Shown: positions 49,979-61,687, counted from the first letter of the stretch. The stretch is DNA of 64,000 bases from Terriglobia bacterium (GCA_965223005.1 CBDCVK010000002.1:480001-544000); one strand, 5' to 3'. Numbers and translations: made by a program. Notes: generated by a model from the letters alone, not told the origin.

Positions 49979-52034
49979 TCAGAGCCTCGCTCGCTTGCCG
50001 CACACACTCTGCGGGATCAACCTTCCGAAACCAGCGTCGTTCGTCCAGTCGAAATCATCGTTCGGCAGTGGCTGGGCGGTTCGCTTGATGATTCCGGCGA
50101 TCTGTGCCGCGGTTAGTCGCGGTTCGGCAGCCAACATAAGGGCGATCACCCCGGCTACAAAGGGGCTGGCCATGCTGGTGCCCGTCATGCTAATCCATTC
50201 CTCCCCCGGATCACCGAAGCCGTTAGCGGCTATGATGTCTGTACCCGGTGCGGCGACCTCTGGTTTAGTTCTGCCGTCTCGGGTCGGTCCTTGACTGCTG
50301 GTGACGTTGATTGTTTCGGTCTGTTCGTCGAGGTTGGCAACCGACACGATCCGCTGGCCGCAGGCTAGTGAGCTGACGGAAGAGTTGTCAACGTTCGAGG
50401 ATCCGGCGAAGAACGATGGGAAGCGCCAAAGACTGGTGTCGCCGATTTGCCCTGGATCGTCGCGTTCAATCCAGCCATGAAACCGGCCATCTCGAATCTC
50501 ATCCCCGTGCAATCGCACAGTCCAGACTCCTGCTTTTACTCCTATAACCTCGTCCGGCGTGTCGACTTCGAGGAATGGACTCAAGTAAATCGACATGTAG
50601 TTTGAGCCGTTGGCAGGATAATACAGTTCACTATAGATGCTAACCAGGCTCCCGTCATCGAGAATATGGTTCTCTAGAAACTCTTGTGGCTTGATCGGCC
50701 CAATCCAGTCCCCGCCGGGCGGCCTGATCGATATGGATATACGGTCTTGCGCTTCGTACCAAATCTCGAGTTCGTTCTCAGAAATGTCTTCCAGGCCGTC
50801 ACCCACCACGAGCCATCGGATATCGTGATCCAGGCCCGCTGCCTGAATCCGCCCGCTGGTATGAATGCGGCCCATGATGAAGCCCAAATCCCCCTCTTCC
50901 ATTGGACCCTCTTGACCTGAGTTGCCAGCGGCTACGCAAATACTGCGTCCAGGAACCGCGAGCGCGGAGTCGGCCCAGCGACTCAACGCGCTGCTGGCGT
51001 CGTGCGCATGCGAATTCGTCCCGAGGCTGATGTTGATCGAAGCCGGAACGCCCAACTCATCCGCGATGCGGAACAGATAGTCGATGGCGTGTGCAAGCCT
51101 CGTGGAATCGTAGAACGATCTTCTACGATCATTGTCCTCAGGTGGTAGATCGATTAAGACCGCCGCAAGAATCGCTCTGGGACAGACCCCGCTGTTCCCA
51201 CCGGCAATGCTTGCTACGTGGGTCCCGTGCGACCCGGCAAAACTCTGCGACTGAGGTTCGAGATCAACCGGAGAAACGCCGATGTTAGCCGTCAAAGCGG
51301 CGTTCAAATGGTTCGCAGTCAGCTCGGAGCCATAGTCGTAGGGGGCGTTTTCATTGGCTTTTGGCGTCGAGCGGTGGGTTCCTCCTTGATCCCATATGCG
51401 AAAGAACCGCGTATGCCCTTGTTGGTCGAGAAAATCCGGACGGCTGAAGTCGAAACCATCTACATCGATCACACCAATTAGAACAGGCTTCCCGTTGTCT
51501 AGGAGCCCGCCTCGGTGCAAATTGCGGGTCTCCGCAAGAGCCTGGACAGTGATTTCCGAGTGGGAATTCCCGGCGACTCCACTAACAAAGGAGGTCGCGA
51601 ATCTGGGTCGGCGTAGAGGATCGCCCTGACTAACAAAACTGACATCACTACGTCCTGCGATCTCTCCGATTTCTGCCAGGGGCACCTGCGCTGTAACAAT
51701 GTTGCCTAATCGTCCTGTTTCAAGACCAAGTTTCGCCGGGGATTTGATGCGGCCATCAAACTCGACAAAGACGTTTACCCTTGTCTGGCTCTCCACCTCA
51801 TCCAGGGATTTTGGTCGCTTCTTCCGCCTTTTCTGCGTGAGCAGGATTTCTGGGGCCGCCTGTACGAGTGGTGTTTCATCCAGCAATTTGACCTGATCGG
51901 TAGCCAGGCAAGCGCACTGTTGCGACCGAGCCAAATTTAACGCGCCCGCTGCTGTTGCGCATCATGCGAAGCTTAGGATGTATCACCTGATCATGCTCGG
52001 TGTGAGAGACCGACCGTTTGGCTAAGATTTTCAT
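49979..52034 (-). CDS. S8 subtilase with an inserted domain; frameshift near the 5' end (about 51935)
   Basis: Catalytic triad VIDVDG, HGTHVASIAGG and GTSMASP; AAGNSG; SD AGGAGG plus ATG at 52034 in another frame. Confidence 0.85.
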
Positions 52035-52140
52035 TTGAGCCTCCTGACTGGGCCACATCTTACATGAGGTATATCCCTTAGATTACGACCTACAATCTCC
52101 GGCTTTGTATAGTGAGCAATCTAAGAATTTGCAACGTTTA

Positions 52141-52803
52141 TTAGAAACCTTCTTGGATCAGACGCTTAACGGTGAGAGTTTCAGCGGGGCGCTCAACGTT
52201 TGCCAGCAGGCGTTCCAGGTGGCGGGCCAGCAGATCGCACTCCAGGTTAAGCTGGTCACCCGGCTGGCAGGCGTGCAGGTTGGTGTGCTTGTGCGTGAGG
52301 GGGACAACAGCCACCCCTAACGCGTCGCCTTCGAGCGAGGCTACCGTGAGGCTGATGCCATTCAGGGCCACAGAGCCCTTCCAGGCCACGTAGCGGAGCA
52401 GCTCCGCCGACACACGCGCTTCTAACCAGTAGTTGCCTTCAGCGTCCAGAGATCGGTAGCAGAGCACTTCGGCCACGCCGTCCACGTGTCCCTGGACCAG
52501 ATGCCCGCCCAGAGGCGAGTTTAGCGTCAGCGGGCGCTCTAGATTCACCAGTGAACCGGGCACTAGCGCGCCCAGGTTGGTGCGGGCTACGGTTTCCGGC
52601 GAAAGGTCGCAGCGGAACGACTTGCTGTCAGCGGCAAGCACGGTGAGGCAGACGCCATTGACAGCAATGCTGTCGGAGGTATGCAATTCTGATGCCAGCG
52701 GCGCGCGGACCACGAGCCGACGCCCGGCCGCTTCCAAAACAGGGCCAGCCGGGGCGGTCAACTCCGCCACCTGTCCGCCCGCTTCAATGATCCCTGTAAA
52801 CAT
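52141..52803 (-). CDS. ribE: Riboflavin synthase (alpha chain)
   Basis: MFTGII, SIAVNGVCLTV and GGHLVQGHVDG motifs. Confidence 0.96.
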   Translation of the reverse strand: MFTGIIEAGGQVAELTAPAGPVLEAAGRRLVVRAPLASELHTSDSIAVNGVCLTVLAADSKSFRCDLSPETVARTNLGALVPGSLVNLERPLTLNSPLGGHLVQGHVDGVAEVLCYRSLDAEGNYWLEARVSAELLRYVAWKGSVALNGISLTVASLEGDALGVAVVPLTHKHTNLHACQPGDQLNLECDLLARHLERLLANVERPAETLTVKRLIQEGF

Positions 52804-52805
52804 TG

Positions 52806-53984
52806 TCAATCCTCGTCGAAGATCGAGCGCAGGTAGCCCTCTACCAGGAAATCTTGGCCGATGCGGCGCAGCTCAGTGATACGAACGGGCAGGGCGTCCC
52901 GCAGCGAGCGGAGGCCACGGCCGCCAAAGAGTGAAACGGCATCCTGGCCGCCCAGCAGCTTTGGCGCGTAGAAGAGCATCACCTTGTCCGCAACGCCGCT
53001 TTCCAAGGCAGTGGCGTTCAGGGTTGCGCCGGCTTCAAGCAACACGCTGGTGACCTCGCGTTGACGCAACGCAGCCAGCACGGCTGCCCAGGCCGGCCGT
53101 GCGCTGCTTCCGCTTTCGCCGAGCCGAAGGATTTCCACCCCGCGCCGCTCGAGCGCCCGCGCGCGAGCTTGGGGCGGATCGGTTGCGCAGACGACCAGCA
53201 CATCGTCGCGCGCCGATTGAGCCAGCTGGCTTTCGGGTGGCAGGCGCAGCGCCGAGTCCAGCACCACCCGCAGCAGTGGGCGGCGCCGGTGCCGGCCGCT
53301 GCGGTCGGTCAGCAGCGGGTCGTCGGCCAGCACCGTTCCCACGCCGGTCACCAGCGCATCGTGGCGGTGGCGCAGCTGCTGTACGCAGGCGCGCGCTTCC
53401 CCGCCGGTGATCCAGCCGGGCCGCTTGTCGCCGGCTTCGGGAGCGGCGATCCGACCGTCCAGCGTCATCGCCCCCTTCAGGGTGACGAATACGCCGCCTC
53501 GGATGTATCGAGCGAAGTGTTCATTTAGGCCCTGGCACAGCTCGGCGAGCACGGGCTCCTCGACCGCGATGCCGGCCGCCCGCAACCGGGCGAATCCTTT
53601 TCCGCACACCTGCGGGTTGGGGTCGCGCATGCCCGCAACTACGCGCGCCACGCCCGCCTGGATCAGCGCTTCGGTGCAGGCTCCGGTGCGTCCCTGGTGG
53701 CAGCAGGGCTCCAGATTCACGTAGAGCGTGGAGCCACGTGCCGCGTCGCCAGCCTGCTTCAGAGCCAGCACCTCGGCGTGGCGCAGGCCGTCGTAAGTGT
53801 AGCTGCCTTCGCCGCAGACGCGCCCGTCGCGCACTACGACGGCGCCCACCATCGGATTGGGGCTCGTCAACCCCTCGCAGGCCTCGGCTAGCTCCAGAGC
53901 CCGTCGGAGAAACGCTAGGTTAGTCGGAGAAGCAGCAGCGGGGGGGACGGTGGCTGAGAACGCAGGCTGCGATGGAAAACCCAT
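52806..53984 (-). CDS. ribD: Riboflavin biosynthesis deaminase/reductase
   Basis: PNPMVG, HAE, LEPCCHQGRTGAC, TLDGRIA and GTVLADDP motifs. Confidence 0.96.
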   Translation of the reverse strand: MGFPSQPAFSATVPPAAASPTNLAFLRRALELAEACEGLTSPNPMVGAVVVRDGRVCGEGSYTYDGLRHAEVLALKQAGDAARGSTLYVNLEPCCHQGRTGACTEALIQAGVARVVAGMRDPNPQVCGKGFARLRAAGIAVEEPVLAELCQGLNEHFARYIRGGVFVTLKGAMTLDGRIAAPEAGDKRPGWITGGEARACVQQLRHRHDALVTGVGTVLADDPLLTDRSGRHRRRPLLRVVLDSALRLPPESQLAQSARDDVLVVCATDPPQARARALERRGVEILRLGESGSSARPAWAAVLAALRQREVTSVLLEAGATLNATALESGVADKVMLFYAPKLLGGQDAVSLFGGRGLRSLRDALPVRITELRRIGQDFLVEGYLRSIFDED

Positions 53985-54955
53985 CAGGACGCCTTTTCCG
54001 AAAGCTTGTCCTGGAACAAGGACTCAATGAACTGCTCGGGATCGAAGGGTATCAGGTCGTCTTTTTTCTCGCCGATGCCCACGTAGTGAATGGGCAGCTT
54101 CAATTCGCGGGCGATGGCCACGGCCACGCCGCCTTTGGCCGTACCGTCCAGCTTGGCCAGCACCAAGCCGGTGACTCCGGCCGAGTGTGTGAACTGGCGT
54201 GCCTGCTGGAGGCCATTCTGGCCGGTGGTGGCGTCCAGAACCAGCAACACTTCGTGCGGCGCCCCAGGGATGACGCGGGCGGCGGTGCGGCGCATCTTTT
54301 CCAGCTCTGCCATCAGGTTACTTTTGGTGTGCAGCCTGCCAGCGGTATCTACCAACACGCAGTCCAAGCCACGAGCCCGGGCTGCCTGAAGCGCGTCGAA
54401 GAGCACGGCACTGGGATCGGCGCCTGGCTTTTGCTTCACCAGGTCACAACCGGTGCGCTCAGCCCAGATTTCCAGTTGCTCGATGGCGGCCGCGCGGAAC
54501 GTGTCGGCCGCGCACAGAAGCACCCGTTTCTGGTCGGACCGAAGCTGGTGGGCCAGCTTGCCAATCGTGGTTGTCTTGCCGGTCCCGTTCACTCCCACGA
54601 TCAGAACCACGGTCGGCGGAGGTGGATGGCGGACGCCGTCGACGGCCGTGCGTTTCAGGATCGCCAGCAGTTGCTGCTTAACCAGTTCCCTCACTTGCGC
54701 GGCGTCGGCAACCTGGTTGCGGTCCACCTGCTCCCGAACCACTTCCAGGACCTCGCCCGTGGTCGTCACACCCAGGTCGGCTCCGATCAAGGCGGCTTCG
54801 AGTTGCTCCAGCAGCTCGGGATCAATTTCCGTGTGGCTACGAAATACCTCGTCGAGCCGGCCAGTCAGGTTTTCCTTGGTGGAGCTGACGGCCTGCTGTA
54901 GGCGCTCGAAGACACCGGCAGGTGGCTGTGGCCCGAACAGCGTCTGGATTGGCAT
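53984..54955 (-). CDS. ftsY: SRP receptor FtsY
   Basis: GVNGTGKTTT, DTFRAAA, DTAGR and KLDGTAKGG motifs. Confidence 0.97.
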   Translation of the reverse strand: MPIQTLFGPQPPAGVFERLQQAVSSTKENLTGRLDEVFRSHTEIDPELLEQLEAALIGADLGVTTTGEVLEVVREQVDRNQVADAAQVRELVKQQLLAILKRTAVDGVRHPPPPTVVLIVGVNGTGKTTTIGKLAHQLRSDQKRVLLCAADTFRAAAIEQLEIWAERTGCDLVKQKPGADPSAVLFDALQAARARGLDCVLVDTAGRLHTKSNLMAELEKMRRTAARVIPGAPHEVLLVLDATTGQNGLQQARQFTHSAGVTGLVLAKLDGTAKGGVAVAIARELKLPIHYVGIGEKKDDLIPFDPEQFIESLFQDKLSEKAS

Positions 54956-55042
54956 ACGAAACCGCCCGGCTAAATGATAGCACGCGCCCTGCAGTCGAGC
55001 CGGCCCAGCTCGACTTCCGATGTTGGGCTTTGGATGTTGGAC

Positions 55043-56812
55043 TTAGACGACCAGAGCTGCGCGGGTGGCCCGCAACTGGCCGCTTTCGATCAATTGCTGC
55101 AGCGCCTCGGTACAGCGGGAGTCAAATCTTTTGTTGGCCTGCGAGAGGATGTACTTCAGCGCCACCTCGGGTTGCATGGCCGCCTGGTAGGGCCGGTGGG
55201 TGGTCATGGCGTCGAAGGTGTCGGCCACGCTGATGATGCGCGCAATCAGCGGAATCTCGTCGCCCTTCACTCCGTGCGGATAGCCGCGGCCGTCCAGCGA
55301 TTCATGGTGCAGCTCCACCCCGGGGATCATCTCTTGCAGCTTCTCGATCGGCCGCAGGATGGTGGCTCCCTTGCTGGTGTGCTGCTTCATGATCGCGAAT
55401 TCTTCCGGCGTCAGGGCCCCGGGTTTTTTCAGGATGCGGTCCTCGATGCCGATCTTGCCCACGTCATGAAGTAGCCCGGCGATCTTGACCTTGTAAAGCT
55501 CCTCCTCGGCAAGGCCCATTTGGGTGCCAATCAGCACCGAGTAGCGAGTAACACGCTCGGCGTGGCCGTGGGTATAGGGGTCCTTTTCGTCCACCGCGGC
55601 GGCAATCGTGCGGATCGAGGAGAGGAACAGCTCGTGGTTCTCCTCAGCCGCCCGCTTCAACCGCGCCACATACTGCTCCAGCTCACCGGTCATCTGGTTG
55701 AAGGTGGCCGCCAGCTCACCGATTTCGGTGCGACTCTCGAGCTGGATGCGCTGGCTGAAGTCGCCGCGGGCGATGGCCCGGCTGGAACGGGTCAGCACGT
55801 TGATGGGGGTGGTGATCCGCAGTGCAGAGAAGTAAGCCACTACCAGACTAATCACCAGCGCCACCACGCCCCACAGCGTGGTGACCAGCGCCATTTGCGA
55901 GGCGGAATAATAAGCGGCTTTCTGAGGCTTCTGCGCGATGACTGCCCAACTCAAGCTCCGCGCCGCAGAGTACGTTCCCAGCATGGGCATTTTTCTCCCG
56001 TCCTCGCTGATCTCGTACTCAATGGTCGGGCCCCGTTCCGGGGCATCTTTCTGCAAAAACTCTCCGACGATCCGCAGCCCCGACATGTCCTGTCCGATGG
56101 TGTGCTCGGAAAGGTCGTGGTGCAGCATCAGGCGCCCCGCGGAATTCACCACGAACACCTCCAGGCCGTGCCTGCTGGAAGCCCCCAAGCGCTGGACCAG
56201 CGGCTCTAGGTCCACAACTCCCGCCAGCATCCCGCGGAAGCGGTCGCGCCGCATCACTGGCAGGGAATCCACCATCACTGGCAGGTGCATGGGCCCGCGT
56301 TGTACCAGCACTGGGTCGCTCTGCATGGGCTGGTTCTGCTGGGCAGCGGTAAAAGCCGCCCCCAGAGCCTTGCCTAGGAAGGGATCGCGTTCCGCATCGT
56401 AGCTGGGGGGATACTGGATGCCGGTCGCCTGCTCGTTCAGCAGGGTGACGTAGAGCAGATTCGGATTGGAATCGTAAAACTGCTTCAGGGTGCTGCGAAT
56501 GTAGGGCAAATCCCAGAACGGCGCCTTTGGATCAGTCGGTTCCAGCGTCTTCAGCAGGGTTTGGAGCTGCTGCCGCTGGCTGGAGTCATACAGCTTGATC
56601 TCCTCGGCCACCGAATAGGTGATCGTGTTCTGTAGTTCTTGCTCGTTAGTCTCCAGCGCGTTCCGGTTTATACCGATGACCATCCAGCCGTAGATGAGCA
56701 AGGGCGCCACGCTGACCAGCAGCAGCACGGCGAAAATCACCGAGAGAATGGGAATGCGTTTCAGGGTAGGAGTGGGAATGCGCTTCAGTAAACGAACGAG
56801 AACGCGTGTCAT
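55043..56812 (-). CDS. Membrane HD-GYP phosphodiesterase with periplasmic Cache-like and HAMP domains
   Basis: Two TM segments, HAMP TEIGELA, LLHDVGKIG and HHESLDGRGYP motifs. Confidence 0.92.
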   Translation of the reverse strand: MTRVLVRLLKRIPTPTLKRIPILSVIFAVLLLVSVAPLLIYGWMVIGINRNALETNEQELQNTITYSVAEEIKLYDSSQRQQLQTLLKTLEPTDPKAPFWDLPYIRSTLKQFYDSNPNLLYVTLLNEQATGIQYPPSYDAERDPFLGKALGAAFTAAQQNQPMQSDPVLVQRGPMHLPVMVDSLPVMRRDRFRGMLAGVVDLEPLVQRLGASSRHGLEVFVVNSAGRLMLHHDLSEHTIGQDMSGLRIVGEFLQKDAPERGPTIEYEISEDGRKMPMLGTYSAARSLSWAVIAQKPQKAAYYSASQMALVTTLWGVVALVISLVVAYFSALRITTPINVLTRSSRAIARGDFSQRIQLESRTEIGELAATFNQMTGELEQYVARLKRAAEENHELFLSSIRTIAAAVDEKDPYTHGHAERVTRYSVLIGTQMGLAEEELYKVKIAGLLHDVGKIGIEDRILKKPGALTPEEFAIMKQHTSKGATILRPIEKLQEMIPGVELHHESLDGRGYPHGVKGDEIPLIARIISVADTFDAMTTHRPYQAAMQPEVALKYILSQANKRFDSRCTEALQQLIESGQLRATRAALVV

Positions 56813-56908
56813 GGGACTAGTCCCACTATTGTCTCCGAATCGAGTTCCATCTGCATAGCCTGCACCAGCCGGACCGGTGGCTCGTGGGACACATGCTAGA
56901 ATAGCGCG

Positions 56909-58150
56909 ATGGCCGAAATCCGGCGCAGAAAATCGGTGGTGGCAGAGGTCGGCGGCGTGAAGGTCGGTGGTCCGCACCCGATCGTCGTGCAATCCATGAC
57001 CAACACCGACACCGTCGACGTGAACGCTACGGTCGAGCAGGCGGCGGCGCTGGCCAAGGCCGGCTCGGAGCTCGTGCGGATCACCGTCAACACCGAGGCT
57101 GCCGCGGCGGCAGTGCCCGCTATCGCCGACGGCCTGGAAGCCAGAGGGGTGAGCGTTCCCCTGATCGGCGACTTCCATTACAACGGACACTTGCTGCTGA
57201 GCCGCTATCCGGAGTGCGCCCGGCGGCTGGCCAAGTACCGCATCAATCCCGGCAATGTGGATATCGGCAAGAAACAGGATGAGAATTTCCGCACCATGAT
57301 CCGAGTGGCGCTCGAGCACGGGAAGCCGGTGCGGATCGGTGTGAATTGGGGCTCGCTGGACCAGGCGCTGCTGACCCAGTTGATGGATGAAAACGCGCGC
57401 CAGGCCCGGCCGCGCGGCGCCGAGGAAGTGACCGAGGAGGCGATGGTCGAGAGCGCGCTACGCTCAGCCCGCCGGGCCGAGGAATACGGGCTTCCCAACA
57501 GCGACATCATCCTCAGCGCCAAGGTCTCCAGCGCGCAGAGCCTGATTGACACCTACCGCACGCTGGCCGCCCGTTGCGAGTACCCGCTGCACCTGGGCTT
57601 GACCGAAGCTGGCCTGGGCGTCAAAGGTATCGTGGCCAGCACTGCGGCCTTGGCCATTCTGCTGCAGGAGGGCATCGGCGACACCATCCGGGTCTCGCTG
57701 ACCCCGGCGCCCGGCGGCGACCGTACCGAGGAGGTCCTGGTGGCCCAGCAGATCCTGCAGTCGCTCGGGCTTCGCAGCTTCACCCCGCAGGTCAGCGCCT
57801 GCCCAGGCTGCGGCCGCACCACCAGCACCTTCTTCCAGGAGATGGCTGAGCAGATTCAGACTTACCTGCGCGAGCAGATGCCGGTGTGGCGCGAGCGACA
57901 CTCCGGCGTGGAAGAGCTGCGCGTGGCGGTGATGGGCTGCGTAGTCAACGGGCCGGGCGAGTCCAAGCACGCGCACATCGGCATCTCTCTGCCCGGCACC
58001 TTCGAGGAACCCAAGGCGCCTGTCTACGCCGACGGCCGGCTGCTGCTCACCCTGAAAGGCTCCACCATCGTCGCGGACTTCATCCGCATCCTGGAGAACT
58101 ACGTGGCCACCCATTACGACGCCACGCGCGAAGTGCCGGCCGCAAAATAG
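56909..58150 (+). CDS. ispG: (E)-4-hydroxy-3-methylbut-2-enyl-diphosphate synthase
   Basis: [28 protein letters not shown] and [10 protein letters not shown] motifs. Confidence 0.97.
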   Translation: MAEIRRRKSVVAEVGGVKVGGPHPIVVQSMTNTDTVDVNATVEQAAALAKAGSELVRITVNTEAAAAAVPAIADGLEARGVSVPLIGDFHYNGHLLLSRYPECARRLAKYRINPGNVDIGKKQDENFRTMIRVALEHGKPVRIGVNWGSLDQALLTQLMDENARQARPRGAEEVTEEAMVESALRSARRAEEYGLPNSDIILSAKVSSAQSLIDTYRTLAARCEYPLHLGLTEAGLGVKGIVASTAALAILLQEGIGDTIRVSLTPAPGGDRTEEVLVAQQILQSLGLRSFTPQVSACPGCGRTTSTFFQEMAEQIQTYLREQMPVWRERHSGVEELRVAVMGCVVNGPGESKHAHIGISLPGTFEEPKAPVYADGRLLLTLKGSTIVADFIRILENYVATHYDATREVPAAK

Positions 58151-58192
58151 CTGGCGCTAGGGATGACATGGTAGCCGGGCCGGTGCGCCACT

Positions 58193-60180
58193 CTACGGGT
58201 TATCGAGCAACCAGAGCTGGCGCTCTTCACGCTTGAGGGTGAAGGCGAGCGACTTGCCGTCCGGGGACCACTGGAGTTCCGACTCAACGTCGTCGTCCTC
58301 AGTAAGCCGCCCAAAGCCGCCTGTGCGCACGTCCAGGGTGAAAATGTCCACCGGGCCTCGGCGCCAGGACCAGAAGGCCAGCCGGCTGCCGTCAGGCGAC
58401 CACACTGGATTCCACCCCGCGGTATTCAGGGATTGTGACTGGCCGGTTCCCAGGTCGAGACTCCAGAGCCGCTCGCCATGCGCACTATCTACTTTTGTGT
58501 AAACCAGCGTCTTGCCATCCGGCGAGCAGGCCATGGAGCAGTGGTAAAGTTTCGAATCGCTGGTGACATTCTTCGGCGAGCCGCCGGCAGAGGGAATCCT
58601 ATAAATGTCCGCCTTAGAGCCGCGCTTGTAGGCAGTGTAGAAGATGGAACTTCCGTCCGGGGACCACACCAGATCGGTATCAAACTTCTGTTCCGAGATA
58701 AGAACCTGGGGCTGCCCTCCAGTCGCGGGCACGACGAGCAGCTTGTCCCCGCTGAACACGGCGATTCGAGAGGAGTCCGGCGACCAGGCAATCACGCCAC
58801 CTTCTTCGATCTTCAGCAGCTCGAACTCCTTGCCACCTGCGGTAGGGATCACGTGCAAAGTTTTTCTCGCTTCCGGAACTCCAGCTTTCCCACCGACGTT
58901 GTCCCCGACGGCTGCTGCTGACCACCTTGTTGCAACTGGGAGGTGTCTACAGCCAGGAACGCGATGGAGGCCCGGTCCGGCGCGACACGGAACAAAACGA
59001 CATCGCCGCGCTCGGTAATCTTCTTCCCTCCACCCGTTGCGATGTTTTGGGCAACCAAGTCCCCGTGGCCCCGAACTAAAGTGGGAGCTTCTCTCGAACC
59101 TCCTGTGAGGTAGAGCAGTCTCTGGCTGTCGAGCCACTGGGGTTGGCTTCCTTCGACCAGTACTCTCTTGGTTCTGCCGTTGTCAATATCCATCAGGGCT
59201 ATACGGAAGCTGTCCTTCCTCAACTGCAGGGCCATCGTTCGGCAATCGGGGGTCTGGACAGCCCGGGCAACCTCCAACTGCTGGAAGTGTGTCACCTGAA
59301 CCGGGTCGCCAACGGGCAGACCGGTTTGCTCGGAAATAGCCGATTTCCAAAGCTGGAAGGTGCCGCCACGGTTGGAGATGAAATAGGAGTAGCGACCGTC
59401 GGAGGACCAGCCAGCCGGGAAATCAAAGGCGGAATCGGTCGTAATTCGCACTTTTGTCTCGCGCTCGACGTCATAGTAGTAGGCGTCAAAGTTGGCGCCG
59501 GTTCCCCACCAGTAGGCAATCTTCTTGCTATCGGCCGACCAGTGCAGGCCATAGCGTCCCCAGGCCTCAGTGAGGGAGCGCGGGGTACCTCCTGCGGAGG
59601 GGATCAGGCGCAGGTCAGGTCCTACAAAGGCGATAGATTTTCCGTCGGGCGACCAAGCCGGGGCTTCCGCTTCGCCCTGAGAAAGCTGGTATTCGGCGCC
59701 GTCGCTTAGAGAAGTCACCCACAATCCCGTCCGGTCGCCTCCGCGGAAGGAAGCGTAGACCAGCTGCGCCTCGTCGGGAGACCACGCCGGCCACAAATGC
59801 GCGCCTCGCCCCAGTTCAATCTTCCGAGCATCTAACCCGGAGAAATCAGAGATCCAGATGCTGGGACTGCCGCGTTTGCTGTATGCGATGCGGCCTCCAT
59901 CCGGCGCCAATCGCAACGATCTCTCCAAGGCGCCTCGCGCCTCTAGTGCGCCCATAACGAAGCGCAAGTTGGCCGGCGCCAATTCCGGACCTCCTGGTTG
60001 GAGTGGAGCCCGGTTGAGCCACCATCTGGCAGTCACCCCCAGAAGAGCGAGCACGACTCCCAGAGCCGCCCACCGCAACCTTCTCCGGGAGGCCTTCCGG
60101 ACTTTTTCCCGCACTTCCAGCCTCTCGCTCGCCCCTTTGGGAGATTCCTGAGAGGAGGGCGGCAACTCATCTGTCGCCAT
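58193..60180 (-). pseudogene. Membrane-anchored TolB-like (PD40) beta-propeller protein with a frameshift near 58890
   Basis: WSPDG repeats in both overlapping ORFs (58849-60180 and 58193-59137); N-terminal TM. Confidence 0.8.
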
Positions 60181-61687
60181 GGTTGTTACTCCTTATGTGG
60201 TCCGGCGCCTGCGGCTGGAGACGTCCGTCCGGGGTCAGCACGTAGGGAGCCGAGGTGCCACGCGATAGCGGATGGTCCAGGTAGAACTCCAGGCCGTACT
60301 CGATGTGGCGGCGCACGCCGGGGCTCAGGGTGAGCTGGGAGGCAGGAATGCCGCGGGCCTGGATCTGGCGAGCCAGCGGTCGAGCGGAGGCCCGTTGGTC
60401 CACAGGGGCCGCCACCAGGGCAAGCAGACGGACGAAGGTGGCCGCAGTCAGCGCGGTGGCCAGCACGGTCGCACCCAGGCGACGCCCGCGCCAGGCGACG
60501 GTGACCAGCACAATGGCTCCAACCAACGTCAGGGCAACCAGCGACCGGTCCAGCGACTGTGCCCCCACCTCGGCGAGGGCGGAACGTGCTCCCTCAGCAA
60601 GCGCCAGCGGTAGCACTCCGACGAGTACCGCCGTGGCCGGCAGCAGCAGCGCCTGCCCCAGGAATACCCAGCGCAGTCGGCTGGCCGGGGCGCGCGCCAG
60701 TTCCTCGCCGATCCAAATAGCCATCGCTGGCACGGTCACCAGCACATATCCGGGCAGCTTGGCTTGCGAGGCGGAAAAGAACACCACAACGGGAACGATC
60801 CAGGCCAGCAAGAAAAGCCGGCGCTGATCATTGCGCAGCCCTCGCCAGCCCAATCCTGCCATGTTGACCACGATCAGGGCCAAGTGTGCGCTCCAGGGAA
60901 ACATCCCCGCCAGCAGCACCGGCAGGTAGTACCACCAGGGCCCCGGGTGTTTCAGTTCCGAAGTCAGGTAGCGGCTGAAGTGGTGCTTGAGGATAAACTC
61001 CTCGACAAAGCGGTCGCCATTATAAGAGTAGACGGCGAGGTACCAGGGCAGCGTGAGCAGCAGGAATAGTAGCAGCGGCCAAGGCGCCAGCACGCGCAGT
61101 AGCCATCGGTATTCGCCGGTGGCGAGGCAATAGCTGAGCAGCACCAGCGCGCTCAAGACGATGGCGACCGGCCCCTTGGCCAGCACAGCAATCGCCAGCA
61201 GCGCGTAGAACCCGTACAGCAGCGAATCATGCCCCTGCCAAACCCAGACCGCCAGCAGGCCCAACGCGCCCGCCAGCGCTGCGCTGAAAAAAATGTCCGG
61301 GCTGACCCCGCGGGCAAACCCCAGCCAGCCAAGCGATGAGGCCAACACCAGCAGCGCATAGCGGGACGTTTCCCCGCGGAACAGCCGACGCACCACCCAC
61401 CCAAACAGCGGCAGGAAGGCGGCAGCGGCCAATGCTGAAGGCAGTCGTGCGGACCACTCCGTGACCCCGAAGAGGCGGAAGGAGGCGGCTGCCAGCCAGT
61501 AGTACAGTGGCGGTTTTTCCAGCCAGGGTTCTCCGTTCAGGTGCGGCGTGATGTAATCGCCGCTGCGGAGCATCTCGCGGGCCACCTGTGCGTAACGGGG
61601 CTCATCGGGGCCCAATAGCCCCACGTCTCCCAGGCCGTAGAAGAAGAGCAGCCAAACCGCGCACGCCAGGAAAATCGCAAAGCCCAT
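60167..61687 (-). CDS. ArnT-like membrane glycosyltransferase
   Basis: DEPRYAQVAREM, EKPPLYYW, LAKGP and KLPGY motifs; multi-TM. Confidence 0.92.
   Translation of the reverse strand: MGFAIFLACAVWLLFFYGLGDVGLLGPDEPRYAQVAREMLRSGDYITPHLNGEPWLEKPPLYYWLAAASFRLFGVTEWSARLPSALAAAAFLPLFGWVVRRLFRGETSRYALLVLASSLGWLGFARGVSPDIFFSAALAGALGLLAVWVWQGHDSLLYGFYALLAIAVLAKGPVAIVLSALVLLSYCLATGEYRWLLRVLAPWPLLLFLLLTLPWYLAVYSYNGDRFVEEFILKHHFSRYLTSELKHPGPWWYYLPVLLAGMFPWSAHLALIVVNMAGLGWRGLRNDQRRLFLLAWIVPVVVFFSASQAKLPGYVLVTVPAMAIWIGEELARAPASRLRWVFLGQALLLPATAVLVGVLPLALAEGARSALAEVGAQSLDRSLVALTLVGAIVLVTVAWRGRRLGATVLATALTAATFVRLLALVAAPVDQRASARPLARQIQARGIPASQLTLSPGVRRHIEYGLEFYLDHPLSRGTSAPYVLTPDGRLQPQAPDHIRSNNHGDR

Noticed and set aside
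56812-56825. Perfect palindrome TGGGACTAGTCCCA between divergent genes (and a hairpin at about 61743-61759)
   Set aside because: Single occurrences that cannot be assigned a function from sequence alone
56813-57319. N-terminal extension of the HD-GYP ORF
   Set aside because: Antisense to ispG; the TM-bearing protein starts at about 56812
58849-58930. Programmed frameshift in the TolB-like gene
   Set aside because: An A-run lies nearby, but there is no other support; mutation or sequencing error is simpler
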